DNA from: an uncultured Alphaproteobacteria bacterium
GTDB taxonomy: Bacteria > Pseudomonadota > Alphaproteobacteria > HIMB59 > GCA-002718135
Direction of reading: 5' to 3'
DNA length: 64,000 nt
Assembly: GCA_902575375.1 (NCBI GenBank)
Contig: CACGRD010000001.1
Location: 20,691-84,690, forward strand
The notes beneath the pieces were generated by a model. The model searched no databases. It was not told the origin of the DNA and saw only the letters and a program-made list of their open reading frames with translations. Positions 43,262 to 56,534 of this stretch are shown here, piece after piece; the stretch's first letter is position 1, and each line of letters starts with the position of its first letter. The translations under genes and the position numbers were made by a program.

Positions 43262-43307
43262 ACACAATATGTAGTGCCGCCGAAAAGGGACAATACAACA
43301 TTTGCTC
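43262..43307. promoter_or_regulatory. NrdR box(es) upstream of nrdA
   Basis: ACACAATATGTAGTG (43262-43276) fits consensus acaCwAtATaTwGtg; weaker second copy ATACAACATTTGCTC 31 nt away (43293-43307). Confidence 0.75.
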
Positions 43308-43320
43308 AATATCGCAATAA

Positions 43321-43335
43321 GAACAAAATAAGAAC
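43321..43335. promoter_or_regulatory. Alphaproteobacterial LexA (SOS) box
   Basis: GAAC-AAAATAA-GAAC (GAAC-N7-GAAC; GTTC-N7-GTTC on the nrdA strand). Confidence 0.7.
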
Positions 43336-43360
43336 ATAAATATTTTTTTTCTCATGTCAA
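43333..43360 (-). promoter_or_regulatory. Putative sigma70 promoter of nrdA-nrdB-grx
   Basis: Minus strand TTGACA (43360-43355)-N16-TATGTT (43338-43333), overlapping the LexA box. Confidence 0.55.
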
Positions 43361-43511
43361 TCCCTTACTTAATTCATATTTTCAGGAGGCAAACAAGTTA
43401 TTGAAATATTTACATTTACTTATCAACTTAAGTCACATTTTGTTAAATTTATTTACTGAGTCATTTTTTCTTTGAACTTAAATCTGCCATAAATTATTAA
43501 TAAAAGGTAGT

Positions 43512-44196
43512 ATGACTAAGATAGCATTGGTTGATGACGAGCAGTCGATTCTCACATCAGTATCTCTTTCTCTCCAAAGTGAAGGGTTTACAGTAGATAC
43601 ATTTCTTAATGGAGTTGAGGCCCTAGAGGCTCTTGAAAGCAAATCTTATGATTTGGGATTGTTTGATATTAAGATGCCTAAAATGGATGGAAATGAACTT
43701 CTTTCAAAAGTGCGTTCGAGCAAGATTGAAAATCTAAAAGATCTTCCGATTATTTTTTTAACATCAAAAGATCATGAACAAGATGAGATTATTGGATTAA
43801 GAATGGGAGCTTCAGATTATATAAAAAAACCTTTTTCACAAAAATTATTAAATGAACGCATAAGAACAGTACTAAGAATTCATAACAATAGAACTGAAGA
43901 ACAAAAGGATAATAATATTAAAAAACAAAATTTTATAAAAGGTGATTTAATACTAGATGAAGATAAACAATTATGTTTTTGGAAAGGTATAGAAATTGAA
44001 CTTACGGTTGCAGAGTTTAATTTAATTAAATCTCTTGCTCAGTATCCTGGAGTAGTAAAGGATAGAAATCAATTAATGGACGCTATGTATGGTGATTCTA
44101 TATACGTTGATGATAGGACTATTGATAGCCATATAAAGAGATTAAGAAAAAAATTCAGATCTTATGATAATTCTTTTGACCAAATAAGAACAAGAT

Positions 44197-44225
<29 letters not shown>
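43512..44225 (+). CDS. chvI: Response regulator ChvI
   Basis: DIKMPKMDG, IFLTSKD, KPFSQ, VYVDDRTIDSHIKRLRKK-type winged helix. Confidence 0.93.
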
Positions 44226-47219
<2,994 letters not shown>

Positions 47220-47227
47220 GAGTTAAT

Positions 47228-48397
47228 ATGAAAAGATCTTATTTATTTACAAGTGAATCAGTTTCTGAAGGCCATCCAGATAAAGTTTGTGATAGAATTT
47301 CAGATATGGTTGTTGATACTTATTTATCTTCTGGCGATCCACAAACACGCGTGGCTTGTGAGACTTTGACTACCACCAATAAAGTAGTTTTAGCTGGTGA
47401 AGTAAGGGGGCCATCTGTTTCTAAAGATCAGATTATATCTCAAGTTAGAGATTGTATTAAAGATATTGGTTATGAACAAGATGGCTTTCATTGGCAGAAT
47501 TGTGATATTGAAAGTTTTCTTCATGAGCAGTCAGCTGATATTGCTATGGGTGTTGATTCTGGTAGCAATAAAGATGAGGGCGCAGGCGATCAGGGAATCA
47601 TGTTTGGTTTTGCTTGTAAAGACACTGAATCATTAATGCCAGCACCGATACATTATTCTCATCAAATATTATATAAAATGGCACAAGCTCGTAAAGATGG
47701 ATCTGCATCTGGTCTAGAACCTGATTCAAAAAGTCAAGTTACAATGCTTTACGAAAATGGAAAACCAAGCAAAGTTACTTCTTTAGTTATTTCTTCACAA
47801 CACAAAGAAGGTTTATCTCCAGAGGAAGTAAAAGAAATTGTTAAACCTTACGTATATGAGTGCATACCTAATAACTTGTTAGAAGGTCTTAAAGACGAAG
47901 AATTCTATGTTAATCCCACAGGTAACTTTGTAATTGGAGGCCCTGATGGTGACTCTGGTTTAACTGGTCGGAAAATTATAGTTGATACATATGGTGGTGC
48001 AGCGCCCCATGGTGGTGGTGCATTTTCAGGAAAGGATCCATCTAAAGTTGATAGATCTGCAGCATACGCAGCTAGGTACTTAGCAAAAAATGTTGTTGCA
48101 GCGGATTTAGCTGATGAATGTACTATACAGTTATCTTATGCAATAGGAGTATCAAAACCTTTATCGGTATATGTAAATACTAATGGAACAAATAAAGTTG
48201 ATGAACAGAAAATTGAAAAATCTGTACAAGATTTATTTGATCTAAGCCCAAGAGGAATAAGAGAACATTTAAAACTTACAAATGCAATATATGTTCCAAC
48301 TTCTGCTTATGGCCATTTTGGTAGAGAACCAAGTGACAAAGGACATTTTACTTGGGAAAAAACTGATTTAGTGGAAGTTCTAAAAGGTATTGCATAA
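47228..48397 (+). CDS. metK: S-adenosylmethionine synthetase
   Basis: [28 protein letters not shown]. Confidence 0.98.
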   Translation: MKRSYLFTSESVSEGHPDKVCDRISDMVVDTYLSSGDPQTRVACETLTTTNKVVLAGEVRGPSVSKDQIISQVRDCIKDIGYEQDGFHWQNCDIESFLHEQSADIAMGVDSGSNKDEGAGDQGIMFGFACKDTESLMPAPIHYSHQILYKMAQARKDGSASGLEPDSKSQVTMLYENGKPSKVTSLVISSQHKEGLSPEEVKEIVKPYVYECIPNNLLEGLKDEEFYVNPTGNFVIGGPDGDSGLTGRKIIVDTYGGAAPHGGGAFSGKDPSKVDRSAAYAARYLAKNVVAADLADECTIQLSYAIGVSKPLSVYVNTNGTNKVDEQKIEKSVQDLFDLSPRGIREHLKLTNAIYVPTSAYGHFGREPSDKGHFTWEKTDLVEVLKGIA

Positions 48398-48403
48398 TAA
48401 AAT

Positions 48404-48850
48404 TTGCAAAAATTAAGTAATCAAATTTTAGATCTTCGTGAACTTGAAAAACTCTCCACTAATTTATGTAAAGACATATCTGTTGGAGATATTTACTTAT
48501 TTCAAGGAGAGCTAGGTGCTGGTAAAACAACATTTATAAGATTATTAATTAATAATCTTTTTGTATTAAATAATTTACCAAAACCATCTTCCATTACTAG
48601 CCCAACATTCCCTATTTTGATAAGCTATGAATTGAATTCATCGCAAATCTATCATTATGATCTTTATAGAGTAAAGAGCCTAAAGGAGTTAGAGGAATTA
48701 GATTTCTTCGAAAATTTAAATAACAATATTACATTTATAGAGTGGCCTGAAATGTTAATTAGTTTACCGCTAAACAAAAATCATTATTTAATAAATTTAG
48801 ATATGATTTCGGAAACTAAAAGAAAAATTAATATTTGTTTTAAACAATAG
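48404..48850 (+). CDS. tsaE: t6A biosynthesis ATPase TsaE
   Basis: GELGAGKTTF, SPTF, HYDLYR, IEWP; TTG start. Confidence 0.95.
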   Translation: MQKLSNQILDLRELEKLSTNLCKDISVGDIYLFQGELGAGKTTFIRLLINNLFVLNNLPKPSSITSPTFPILISYELNSSQIYHYDLYRVKSLKELEELDFFENLNNNITFIEWPEMLISLPLNKNHYLINLDMISETKRKINICFKQ

Positions 48851-48854
48851 TTTA

Positions 48855-49772
48855 ATGAATCCTGATCATATTGATTTAGAAAAAATTGAGGACGGATTAT
48901 CAAACAAATTAATTTATAGAATTACTGAAAAAGAGAATACCAAAATAATAATTGATTTTTCTAAAGATAAACAAGAGTTTAAAAATTTCCTTACTGTTTA
49001 TGAAATATTACAAAAGATTAATATATCAATTCCTAAGATATATGAAGTTAATCAACAACAATATAAAATATATATGCAAGATTTTGGAAAAAATAGATTT
49101 AATAAAATATACAATAAAGATAATCTTTATAAACTTTTAAAACTAGCTGTAGAAAATATAATTGTTATCCAAAATGAATCAAATTTAAAAAATTTAAAAA
49201 ATTTAAAAGAATACACCTTTGAAGATTTAAAAATTGAACTTAAAGAGTTTGTTACTTATTATATTCCTAACAACAAAAATTTAAATTTTCCAACTTCAAA
49301 ATTTTATGAATCATGGAAAAGTATATTTTATTCTCAAAATTATAATATGAAAAATTTTGTTCACAAAGACTTTGAATTTGTTAATTTATTTTTTTTAGAA
49401 AATTGTGAATCACATTTACAATGTGGAATTATTGATTTTCAAAGTGCTTTTAAGGGATTTATAGGATGGGATCTAATATCACTATTAGAAAATCCAAGAA
49501 TTAATTTTACACGAGATTACAATCATAAATTAATTGAATATTTTTATGAGAACACTTCAATTATTGAAAATTTAAATACTTTTCTGGAGCAATATTATAT
49601 TTTAAGTTTAGCTCGACAGACTCGACTACTTGGCAGATGGAGAAAATTAATTAGAACAAATAATGATAATAAATACTTAAACTATTTAAAAATAACTAAA
49701 TCTAGAACAATAGCGACATTAAATAATATTAAAAATTATGAACTAAGATCAATGTATGAAAAGTATTTATAA
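48855..49772 (+). CDS. amgK: APH-family phosphotransferase, probable anomeric MurNAc/GlcNAc kinase AmgK
   Basis: QDFG, HKDFEFVNL (HxDxxxxN), IIDFQ, WDLISLL; tsaE-amgK-murU synteny. Confidence 0.75.
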   Translation: MNPDHIDLEKIEDGLSNKLIYRITEKENTKIIIDFSKDKQEFKNFLTVYEILQKINISIPKIYEVNQQQYKIYMQDFGKNRFNKIYNKDNLYKLLKLAVENIIVIQNESNLKNLKNLKEYTFEDLKIELKEFVTYYIPNNKNLNFPTSKFYESWKSIFYSQNYNMKNFVHKDFEFVNLFFLENCESHLQCGIIDFQSAFKGFIGWDLISLLENPRINFTRDYNHKLIEYFYENTSIIENLNTFLEQYYILSLARQTRLLGRWRKLIRTNNDNKYLNYLKITKSRTIATLNNIKNYELRSMYEKYL

Positions 49773-49775
49773 TTT

Positions 49776-50456
49776 ATGAAAAATTTTACGTTAATGATTT
49801 TATGTGCTGGTTTTGGATCAAGAATGCTGAATTTGACACGCAGTACCCCAAAACCTCTTTTAAAATATAAAAATAAAGTATTATTAAAGAACACAATTGA
49901 TTTCTTTACTAATATTGGGTGTGATGAAATCTTAATAAATACACACTATTTACATCATAAAATTAAAAAGTATTTGGACAAAAATTTTAAAGAATATCCC
50001 ATTCAGATTATCTATGAAGAAACAATACTTGGCACGGGCGGAGGAGTAAAAAATATTTTCAAATTTACAAAAAGAAAAAAAATATGTGTAGTTAACTCTG
50101 ATATTTTTTTCACTAAAAAAAATAAATCAAATATCAAATATTTTCTCAATAATTATCAAGATGTATCTCACTGTAAGATGTTGTTGTCTAAGGATATGAA
50201 TTTTTTAGGTTTAAAAAAAGAAAATGGTGACTTTAATTTAAAAAGTAATGTAGTCACAAATTGGAAAAATAAAAATCAAAAATTATATTATTCTGGCCTT
50301 CAAATTGTATCTAAAAATATCTTTAATTATAGAAAAAAAATATTCCCTATGAATGAAATTTGGACAAAACTAATAAAAAAAAATCAAATCAAAGGTTATA
50401 TAATTCCTTCTAAAATTAGACATATTGGGGATAAAAAATCAATTTTAGAAAATTAG
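49776..50456 (+). CDS. murU: Nucleotidyltransferase, probable MurNAc-1-P uridylyltransferase MurU
   Basis: MILCAGFGSRM, PKPLL, INTHY, LGTGGGV, NSD, YSGL. Confidence 0.78.
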   Translation: MKNFTLMILCAGFGSRMLNLTRSTPKPLLKYKNKVLLKNTIDFFTNIGCDEILINTHYLHHKIKKYLDKNFKEYPIQIIYEETILGTGGGVKNIFKFTKRKKICVVNSDIFFTKKNKSNIKYFLNNYQDVSHCKMLLSKDMNFLGLKKENGDFNLKSNVVTNWKNKNQKLYYSGLQIVSKNIFNYRKKIFPMNEIWTKLIKKNQIKGYIIPSKIRHIGDKKSILEN

Positions 50457-50502
50457 ATTTAATTTAGCTTGATAAAAAATAAATATTTCTTACATAATAT
50501 CT

Positions 50503-50823
50503 ATGTCTACTCATGTAACAAACGACCAAACTTTTGATAATGATATTTCTACTAATGATGTGCCTGTGGTAGTAGACTTTGGTGCAGAATGGTGTGGTCC
50601 ATGTAAAGTACTTGACCCAATTTTAGAAGAAATTGCTGCAGAAAATAAAGATAAAGTTAAAATATATAAAATGAACATTGATGAAAATCCTATGACACCA
50701 CAAAAATACGGTATTAGAGGTATTCCTACAATAATGATTTTTAAAAAAGGTGAGTTAATCGATACTAAGGTTGGCAGTCTTCCCAAAACGGCATTAGAAA
50801 CCTGGATACAATCCAATTTATAA
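50503..50823 (+). CDS. trxA: Thioredoxin
   Basis: WCGPC, YGIRGIPT. Confidence 0.97.
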   Translation: MSTHVTNDQTFDNDISTNDVPVVVDFGAEWCGPCKVLDPILEEIAAENKDKVKIYKMNIDENPMTPQKYGIRGIPTIMIFKKGELIDTKVGSLPKTALETWIQSNL

Positions 50824-52077
50824 TAGTTTTTTTCTAATTTTTCCTACCAAATACAAAGAACCAGTTATTAAATATATTTTTTGTTGATTAGATCTAAAAT
50901 ATTTTAAAGCATCATTTATACTATTTATTTCCTCACATTTAATAGAATGAAAATCACAAATTTCATTTATTTGTTTAGTTTTAAATGAATTTTTTTCATC
51001 TGGAATTTTTATAGCTAAAACTTTAGAGACACTTTTTTTTATTTTACTCAAAAATAAACTTGCTTTCTTATTATTTAACATTCCAAACAAGACTATAGGT
51101 TTTATCCTTTTAGTTTTTAAAAATTCTTTTAGTTTATCAGCTCCATCAATATTATGCGATCCATCAAGAATTATTTTTTTATTTTTATAATCAATAATTT
51201 CTAATCTTCCTGGCCATACAGTTTTTTTTATCGCTACATTAATTTCTCTTTTATTTAATCTATAACCCATATTTTGCATAATTTTTGCAAAATAAATAGA
51301 TATTGATGCATTTTCTTCCTGATGTTTTCCATTTAATGAAGGTTGACTATAGAAATATTTTTTTCCATCTATTTTTATCTCAAACTTATTTTTTAATGAT
51401 TTTGTGACTCGAAATTCTTTTCCATAAAAATATTTATTTTCAAATTTATTTAATTTTTTTTGAATGTGATCTTTTAATTCTTTTTTTTGTTTGCCAACTA
51501 ACACAAACTCACAATTCTTTACTATACCCAATTTCTCATTAGCAATTTTCTTAAGTGTTTTTCCTAAAAATTCCTCATGATCAAAACCAATTGGTGTTAA
51601 AATACTACAAATTTTTTTTGGTATTATGTTAGTTGCATCTAATCTACCTCCTAATCCTGTCTCTAAAATAAGAAAGTCAGATTTTGATTGTTTAAACAAT
51701 ATGAATGCTGCAGCTGTTGTTATTTCAAAGAAAGTTATTGGTTTATTTTTATTTATTTTTTTTACAAATTTTAGAGTTTCGTAAAGCTTCTTTGTACTTA
51801 CTTCTTTATTATTTAGAATTATTCTTTCATTAAACCTAGATAAATGTGGAGATATATATGCATCACATTTATACCCATGCTTCAACAAAATATTTCTTAT
51901 GAAACTTTGAACAGATCCTTTTCCATTTGTTCCTGCAACATGGATTGTTTTTGGCAGATAATCTTGAGGATTACCTAATTTTTTTAATAATAATTTTAAT
52001 CTGTCTAATGAAAGATCAATATATTTAGGATGAAGCTTGACCAGTTCATCTAACAACTTTTCTGTTTTAGATTTCAC
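50818..52077 (-). CDS. folC: Folylpolyglutamate synthase/dihydrofolate synthase
   Basis: HVAGTNGKGS, SPHL, ETGLGGRLDATN, WPGRLE, LDGSHN, GSLYL; GTG start. Confidence 0.96.
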   Translation of the reverse strand: MKSKTEKLLDELVKLHPKYIDLSLDRLKLLLKKLGNPQDYLPKTIHVAGTNGKGSVQSFIRNILLKHGYKCDAYISPHLSRFNERIILNNKEVSTKKLYETLKFVKKINKNKPITFFEITTAAAFILFKQSKSDFLILETGLGGRLDATNIIPKKICSILTPIGFDHEEFLGKTLKKIANEKLGIVKNCEFVLVGKQKKELKDHIQKKLNKFENKYFYGKEFRVTKSLKNKFEIKIDGKKYFYSQPSLNGKHQEENASISIYFAKIMQNMGYRLNKREINVAIKKTVWPGRLEIIDYKNKKIILDGSHNIDGADKLKEFLKTKRIKPIVLFGMLNNKKASLFLSKIKKSVSKVLAIKIPDEKNSFKTKQINEICDFHSIKCEEINSINDALKYFRSNQQKIYLITGSLYLVGKIRKKLL

Positions 52078-52080
52078 TTA

Positions 52081-52923
52081 TTAACTAATATGATTTAATA
52101 CTTTGTACAAAGTTTCTTTGAGGTCTTTCCTATGAGAAACAATATCTACCATTCCATGATCTTTAAGATATTCAGCTTTTTGAAAATCTATAGGTAATTC
52201 TTCTCTGATGGTGTCTTGTATAACTCTTTTACCTGCAAAACCTATAGTAGCACCTTGTTCTGCTATTGTTATATCACCTAACATTGCAAAGGACGCTGTC
52301 ACTCCACCAGTAGTAGGTTCAGTAAGAACAACTATGTAAGGTATATTATTTTCATTTAAAAGATCAACAGCAGCAATTGTTCTAGGCATTTGCATTAAGC
52401 TTACAATTCCTTCCTGCATTCTTGCCCCACCGGATGAAGTAACAATTACGTAAGGCAATTTTTTTTCTATAGCAATTTTAGCTCCTTTAACTATTGCTCC
52501 ACCAACCGCTCTACCCATAGAACCACCCATGAATTCAAAATTCATTAGTCCCGAGATAATTTCTTTGTCTTTAATTTTTCCTTTTATAAGAATAAAAGCG
52601 TCATCTCTATTTGTTTTTTTTCTGTATTCTTTTAATCTATCTTTATATTTTTTTTTATCTGTGAATTTCAGTGGATCATCTGAGATTTTGTCTGGGATAA
52701 TTTCACTATAATCACCATTTTGAAAAAATAATTTTATCCTATCTTCTACAGACATTCTAAAATGATAATTGCAATTTACACAAACAGATAAATTTTCTTT
52801 TAAATCTTTATGATGAATCATATTTCCACATGACACACAATTATTCCATAATTTCTCTGAAACACTTCTTCTTTTTACAAGCAAGGATAGTTTAGGTTTT
52901 ACAAAATTTGTTAACCAATTCAT
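52081..52923 (-). CDS. accD: Acetyl-CoA carboxylase carboxyltransferase beta
   Basis: C4 Zn ribbon, FMGGSMG, SGGARMQEG, PTTGGVTASF. Confidence 0.97.
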   Translation of the reverse strand: MNWLTNFVKPKLSLLVKRRSVSEKLWNNCVSCGNMIHHKDLKENLSVCVNCNYHFRMSVEDRIKLFFQNGDYSEIIPDKISDDPLKFTDKKKYKDRLKEYRKKTNRDDAFILIKGKIKDKEIISGLMNFEFMGGSMGRAVGGAIVKGAKIAIEKKLPYVIVTSSGGARMQEGIVSLMQMPRTIAAVDLLNENNIPYIVVLTEPTTGGVTASFAMLGDITIAEQGATIGFAGKRVIQDTIREELPIDFQKAEYLKDHGMVDIVSHRKDLKETLYKVLNHIS

Positions 52924-53714
52924 ACTTTAGTTCCATCTTTCAAATCTTTTGAAAATTTATTAATTTCTGACAACATCTTATCTTTGTTACTTAAATTCTC
53001 TTCAATAATTTTAATTATACTTGAACCAACAACTGCTCCATCAGCTATTTTGCATATATTGTTTACATCAGTTGAGTTTTTAATACCAAATCCTGGTACA
53101 ACTGGTAAGTTCGTGTGTTTTTTGATAAAAGCAACTGATTTTTTAAGTTCATTAAGATCTGCAGATTTTTGTCCAGTAATTCCCATAACACTAACATAAT
53201 ATAAAAAACCACTAGCATTTTTTAATATTAACTTAAGCCTTTCTTCATCAGTTGTAGGAGTAATTAATCTAATTAAATCAATCTTACTTTTTTTAAGTTC
53301 ATTGATCAAATCTTCGTCTTCTTCTGGTTGTAGATCTACAATTATTAAACCATCAACTCCATTTTCTTTGCATTTTTTTACAAACTTCTCAATTCCAAAA
53401 TATAGAATCAAATTATAGTAACCCATTAAAATAATAGGGAGATCATCTTTTGTTTTTTTTGCCTCGGAAGCTAAAGAGAAAATTTTTTCTAAATCAACTC
53501 CTTTATTTATTGCTCTATTACTTGATAACTGAATTGTTGGACCGTCAGCCATAGGATCAGAAAAGGGCATTCCAATTTCCATAATATCAACTCCATTATT
53601 AATTATTGTCTTAATAATTTCTAAACTTGTTTCGAAATCAGGATCACCTCCTGTAACAAATGTGACTAGTTTTTTTTCATCATTTTTAAATGCCTGACTA
53701 ATTAAATTAGTCAT
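52920..53714 (-). CDS. trpA: Tryptophan synthase alpha
   Basis: EIGMPFSDPMADGPTIQ, GITG, GFGI, VVGS. Confidence 0.97.
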   Translation of the reverse strand: MTNLISQAFKNDEKKLVTFVTGGDPDFETSLEIIKTIINNGVDIMEIGMPFSDPMADGPTIQLSSNRAINKGVDLEKIFSLASEAKKTKDDLPIILMGYYNLILYFGIEKFVKKCKENGVDGLIIVDLQPEEDEDLINELKKSKIDLIRLITPTTDEERLKLILKNASGFLYYVSVMGITGQKSADLNELKKSVAFIKKHTNLPVVPGFGIKNSTDVNNICKIADGAVVGSSIIKIIEENLSNKDKMLSEINKFSKDLKDGTKV

Positions 53715-54923
53715 TTAAATCTTTATGTTTAATTCATCAGCTATAGTAAAAATATCTTTATCTCCTCGACCACACATGTTCATCACAATAATTTTATCTT
53801 TACTATAGTTTTTTGCTATTTTCTTTAAAACTGCTAATGCATGCGCTGGTTCTAAAGCTGGAATTATGCCTTCTAATTTACAACAATATTGAAAAGCTTC
53901 CAGCGCTTCTTTGTCTGTTGCCGACATGTATGAAACTCTTTTTTCTTCAAATAAAAATGAATGTTCCGGTCCAATTCCTGGATAATCCAAGCCTGCAGAA
54001 ATGGAATGTGCTTCCTGAATTTGCCCAGATTTTGATTGTAGTAAATATGTTTTATTTCCATGCAAAACACCTGGCTTACCACCTGTCAAACTTGCTGCAT
54101 GCTTATCAGTTTTTATTCCATGTCCTGCTGCTTCAACAGCAATCATTTCAACATTTGAGTCATCTAAAAATTCATGAAACAACCCTAAAGCATTTGAACC
54201 ACCACCAATACATGCCATTAATAAATCTGGAACCTTTCCTTCTAGTTCTTCAAGTTGTTTACGAACTTCTTTGCCAATTACAGATTGAAAATCTCTAACC
54301 ATAGCTGGGTATGGATGTGGTCCTGCAGCAGTTCCAATTATATAAAAAGTATCTTTAACATTTGTTACCCAATCTCTTAATGCTTCATTCATTGCATCTT
54401 TGAGTGATTTTGATCCAGTTGAAACTGATCTTATTTCTGCGCCAAGTAATTTCATTCTAAAAACATTTGGAGATTGCCTTTCGATATCTTTTTCCCCCAT
54501 ATAAACTATGCAAGGTAAACCAAATAGAGCACATACTGTAGCTGTAGCGACGCCATGCTGACCTGCTCCTGTTTCAGCTATTATTCTAGACTTACCCATT
54601 TTTTTTGCCAACAAAATTTGCCCCATACAATTATTGATTTTATGAGCACCTGTGTGATTTAACTCATCTCTTTTGAAATAAATTTTTGGACCCTCAAGAT
54701 CTTTACTTATTCTTTCAGCAAAGAAAAGGGGACTTGGCCTACCAACATATGTTTTTAAATAATAATTAAACTCATCAATAAAATTCTTATCATTTTTTAT
54801 TTTTTCATATTCTTTTTCTACTTCAAGGATTAAAGGCATTAAGGTTTCTGAAACATATCTACCTCCAAATTGGCCAAAATAACCTTTTTCATTTGGATAA
54901 CTTTTATATGTATTTTTAAGCAT
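53715..54923 (-). CDS. trpB: Tryptophan synthase beta
   Basis: [40 protein letters not shown]. Confidence 0.98.
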   Translation of the reverse strand: MLKNTYKSYPNEKGYFGQFGGRYVSETLMPLILEVEKEYEKIKNDKNFIDEFNYYLKTYVGRPSPLFFAERISKDLEGPKIYFKRDELNHTGAHKINNCMGQILLAKKMGKSRIIAETGAGQHGVATATVCALFGLPCIVYMGEKDIERQSPNVFRMKLLGAEIRSVSTGSKSLKDAMNEALRDWVTNVKDTFYIIGTAAGPHPYPAMVRDFQSVIGKEVRKQLEELEGKVPDLLMACIGGGSNALGLFHEFLDDSNVEMIAVEAAGHGIKTDKHAASLTGGKPGVLHGNKTYLLQSKSGQIQEAHSISAGLDYPGIGPEHSFLFEEKRVSYMSATDKEALEAFQYCCKLEGIIPALEPAHALAVLKKIAKNYSKDKIIVMNMCGRGDKDIFTIADELNIKI

Positions 54924-55545
54924 TTTTTAATTTATCGATAAAATTATTTATAATGTGATTATCTTTAATGCCAAGCTCTTTTTCTACTCCAGAGGATAAA
55001 TCTATACCAAACGGACTGACATCATTAAGAATTTCCTGAATATTTTTTATACTAATCCCACCTGATAAAAACCATGGTTTGTCAGTATTTAGATTTTTTA
55101 ATATATTCCAATCAAAACTTTTAGAATTACCTCCAGGTAACTCATTTTTCATCGGTTTGTAATCAAATAAAAAGTAATCTGAACTATTGTATTTACTAAT
55201 ATTTCTTAAGTCATTTATGTTACTAATAGATATTGACTTAATTACTTTCACTCCAATTCTTTTTAAAGTTTTGATATATTCCTCATCTTCTGATCCATGT
55301 AATTGTATGTATTTCAATCTAACTTTTTTTATTATATCTTCTATTTCATTAATATTTTTATTAACAAAAACACCCACACCATTAATATTTAAATTTTCAG
55401 ATTTTTTTTGTAAATTACTCGCATCTTCAATTGATATATTTCTTGGGCTTTTAGGATAAAATATCATTCCAAAAAAATCTACATTATTATCCTCACAACA
55501 AAGAAGTGTATCTTCATTTTGTATTCCACAAATTTTTGTTATCAT
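54916..55545 (-). CDS. trpF: Phosphoribosylanthranilate isomerase
   Basis: KICGI, SPRN, QLHG, FDW, DLSSGVE. Confidence 0.95.
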   Translation of the reverse strand: MITKICGIQNEDTLLCCEDNNVDFFGMIFYPKSPRNISIEDASNLQKKSENLNINGVGVFVNKNINEIEDIIKKVRLKYIQLHGSEDEEYIKTLKRIGVKVIKSISISNINDLRNISKYNSSDYFLFDYKPMKNELPGGNSKSFDWNILKNLNTDKPWFLSGGISIKNIQEILNDVSPFGIDLSSGVEKELGIKDNHIINNFIDKLKNA

Positions 55546-55547
55546 TA

Positions 55548-56231
55548 TTAAATTAAACTTTTATTAATTTCTTTTAAAGTTTTAAGTGGATCTCTGGATT
55601 TAGTTATAGGTCTTCCTATGACCAAATAATTTGCTCCTAGATTTATTGCATTATTCGGAGTTTCAACTCTTTTTTGATCATCACTATTTAATTTATTACC
55701 AACTCTAATCCCAGGGGTAATGATTATAAAATTTTTTCCAACTATTTTTCTGATATATTTTATTTCCTGAGGGCTGCATATAACTCCGTCAAGTTTATTT
55801 TTTTCTGCTTCTTTTGCAAATTTTTTTACTAATGCTGATACATTTTTTTGATTATAATATTTTTTAGTTTGATTACTATCTAAGCTTGTTAAGATTGAAA
55901 CCCCTAATATCTTTGTGCTTTTTTTACTTGTTCTAGAAGAACTCATCATATCATCACCACCAGATATATGGACTGTGGTAAAAAGAGGTTTTATTTTAAT
56001 TAAAGCTTGCAATCCCTTTTCTACTGTATTTGGTATATCGTGTAACTTTAAATCAAGAAATATTTTGGGACAAACAGAATAAACTTTTTTATAACCCTCT
56101 AAACCAAAATTATAAAAAAATTCGTAGCCAATTTTAAATGCATAAACATCTCTTTTTAAGATTTTTACTAATTTTATTGTTTTATTTAAATTATTGCTAT
56201 CTAAAGCTACAATTATTTTTCTAGACTTCAT
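55548..56231 (-). CDS. pyrF: Orotidine-5'-phosphate decarboxylase
   Basis: VALD, FLDLKLHDIPNTV, TPGIR, DDQKR, VIGRPI. Confidence 0.97.
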   Translation of the reverse strand: MKSRKIIVALDSNNLNKTIKLVKILKRDVYAFKIGYEFFYNFGLEGYKKVYSVCPKIFLDLKLHDIPNTVEKGLQALIKIKPLFTTVHISGGDDMMSSSRTSKKSTKILGVSILTSLDSNQTKKYYNQKNVSALVKKFAKEAEKNKLDGVICSPQEIKYIRKIVGKNFIIITPGIRVGNKLNSDDQKRVETPNNAINLGANYLVIGRPITKSRDPLKTLKEINKSLI

Positions 56232-56529
56232 CTTCTATATGAGAATCAGTAAAACCATTTATTTTTCTATGCAATATTTTTCCAATTTTAAAATGTAATT
56301 TGAAGCTTTTATTTTTAAATAATTTTTCATTTGTTTTTGGATTTCTTACTATTTTTTCTTTATTAATTTTTCTACTTATTGTTCCAAATCCTCTTATCTC
56401 AATATTCTGACCTTTTTGTAATGAATTTGACAATTTTTTTATAAATATATCAAAGAGGTCATCAATATCTTCAGAACTTAAATTAGTATGTTTTTTTTGT
56501 AATTTTTCTAGGATTTGAGATTTTAACAT
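56221..56529 (-). CDS. ihfB: Integration host factor beta / HU-family protein
   Basis: MLKSQI, IEIRGFG, RNPKT, HFKIGK; follows rpsA. Confidence 0.85.
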   Translation of the reverse strand: MLKSQILEKLQKKHTNLSSEDIDDLFDIFIKKLSNSLQKGQNIEIRGFGTISRKINKEKIVRNPKTNEKLFKNKSFKLHFKIGKILHRKINGFTDSHIEDEV

Positions 56530-56534
56530 TAATC

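Noticed and set aside
43380-43511. CtrA (TTAA-N7-TTAA), CcrM (GANTC) or ChvI sites upstream of chvI
   Set aside because: Such short AT-rich matches cannot be told from background in this composition without statistics.
47220-47227. SAM-II/SAM-V riboswitch for metK or ahcY
   Set aside because: Only 8 nt before metK, and ahcY overlaps chvG; no space or motif seen.
49182-49208. Tandem repeat (AATTTAAAA)x3 in amgK
   Set aside because: In-frame low-complexity NLK repeat in an AT-rich gene; no sign of function.
49362-49388. AmgK catalytic loop HKDFEFVNL looked degenerate
   Set aside because: Still fits HxDxxxxN and the DFQ motif is intact, so there is no case for a pseudokinase.
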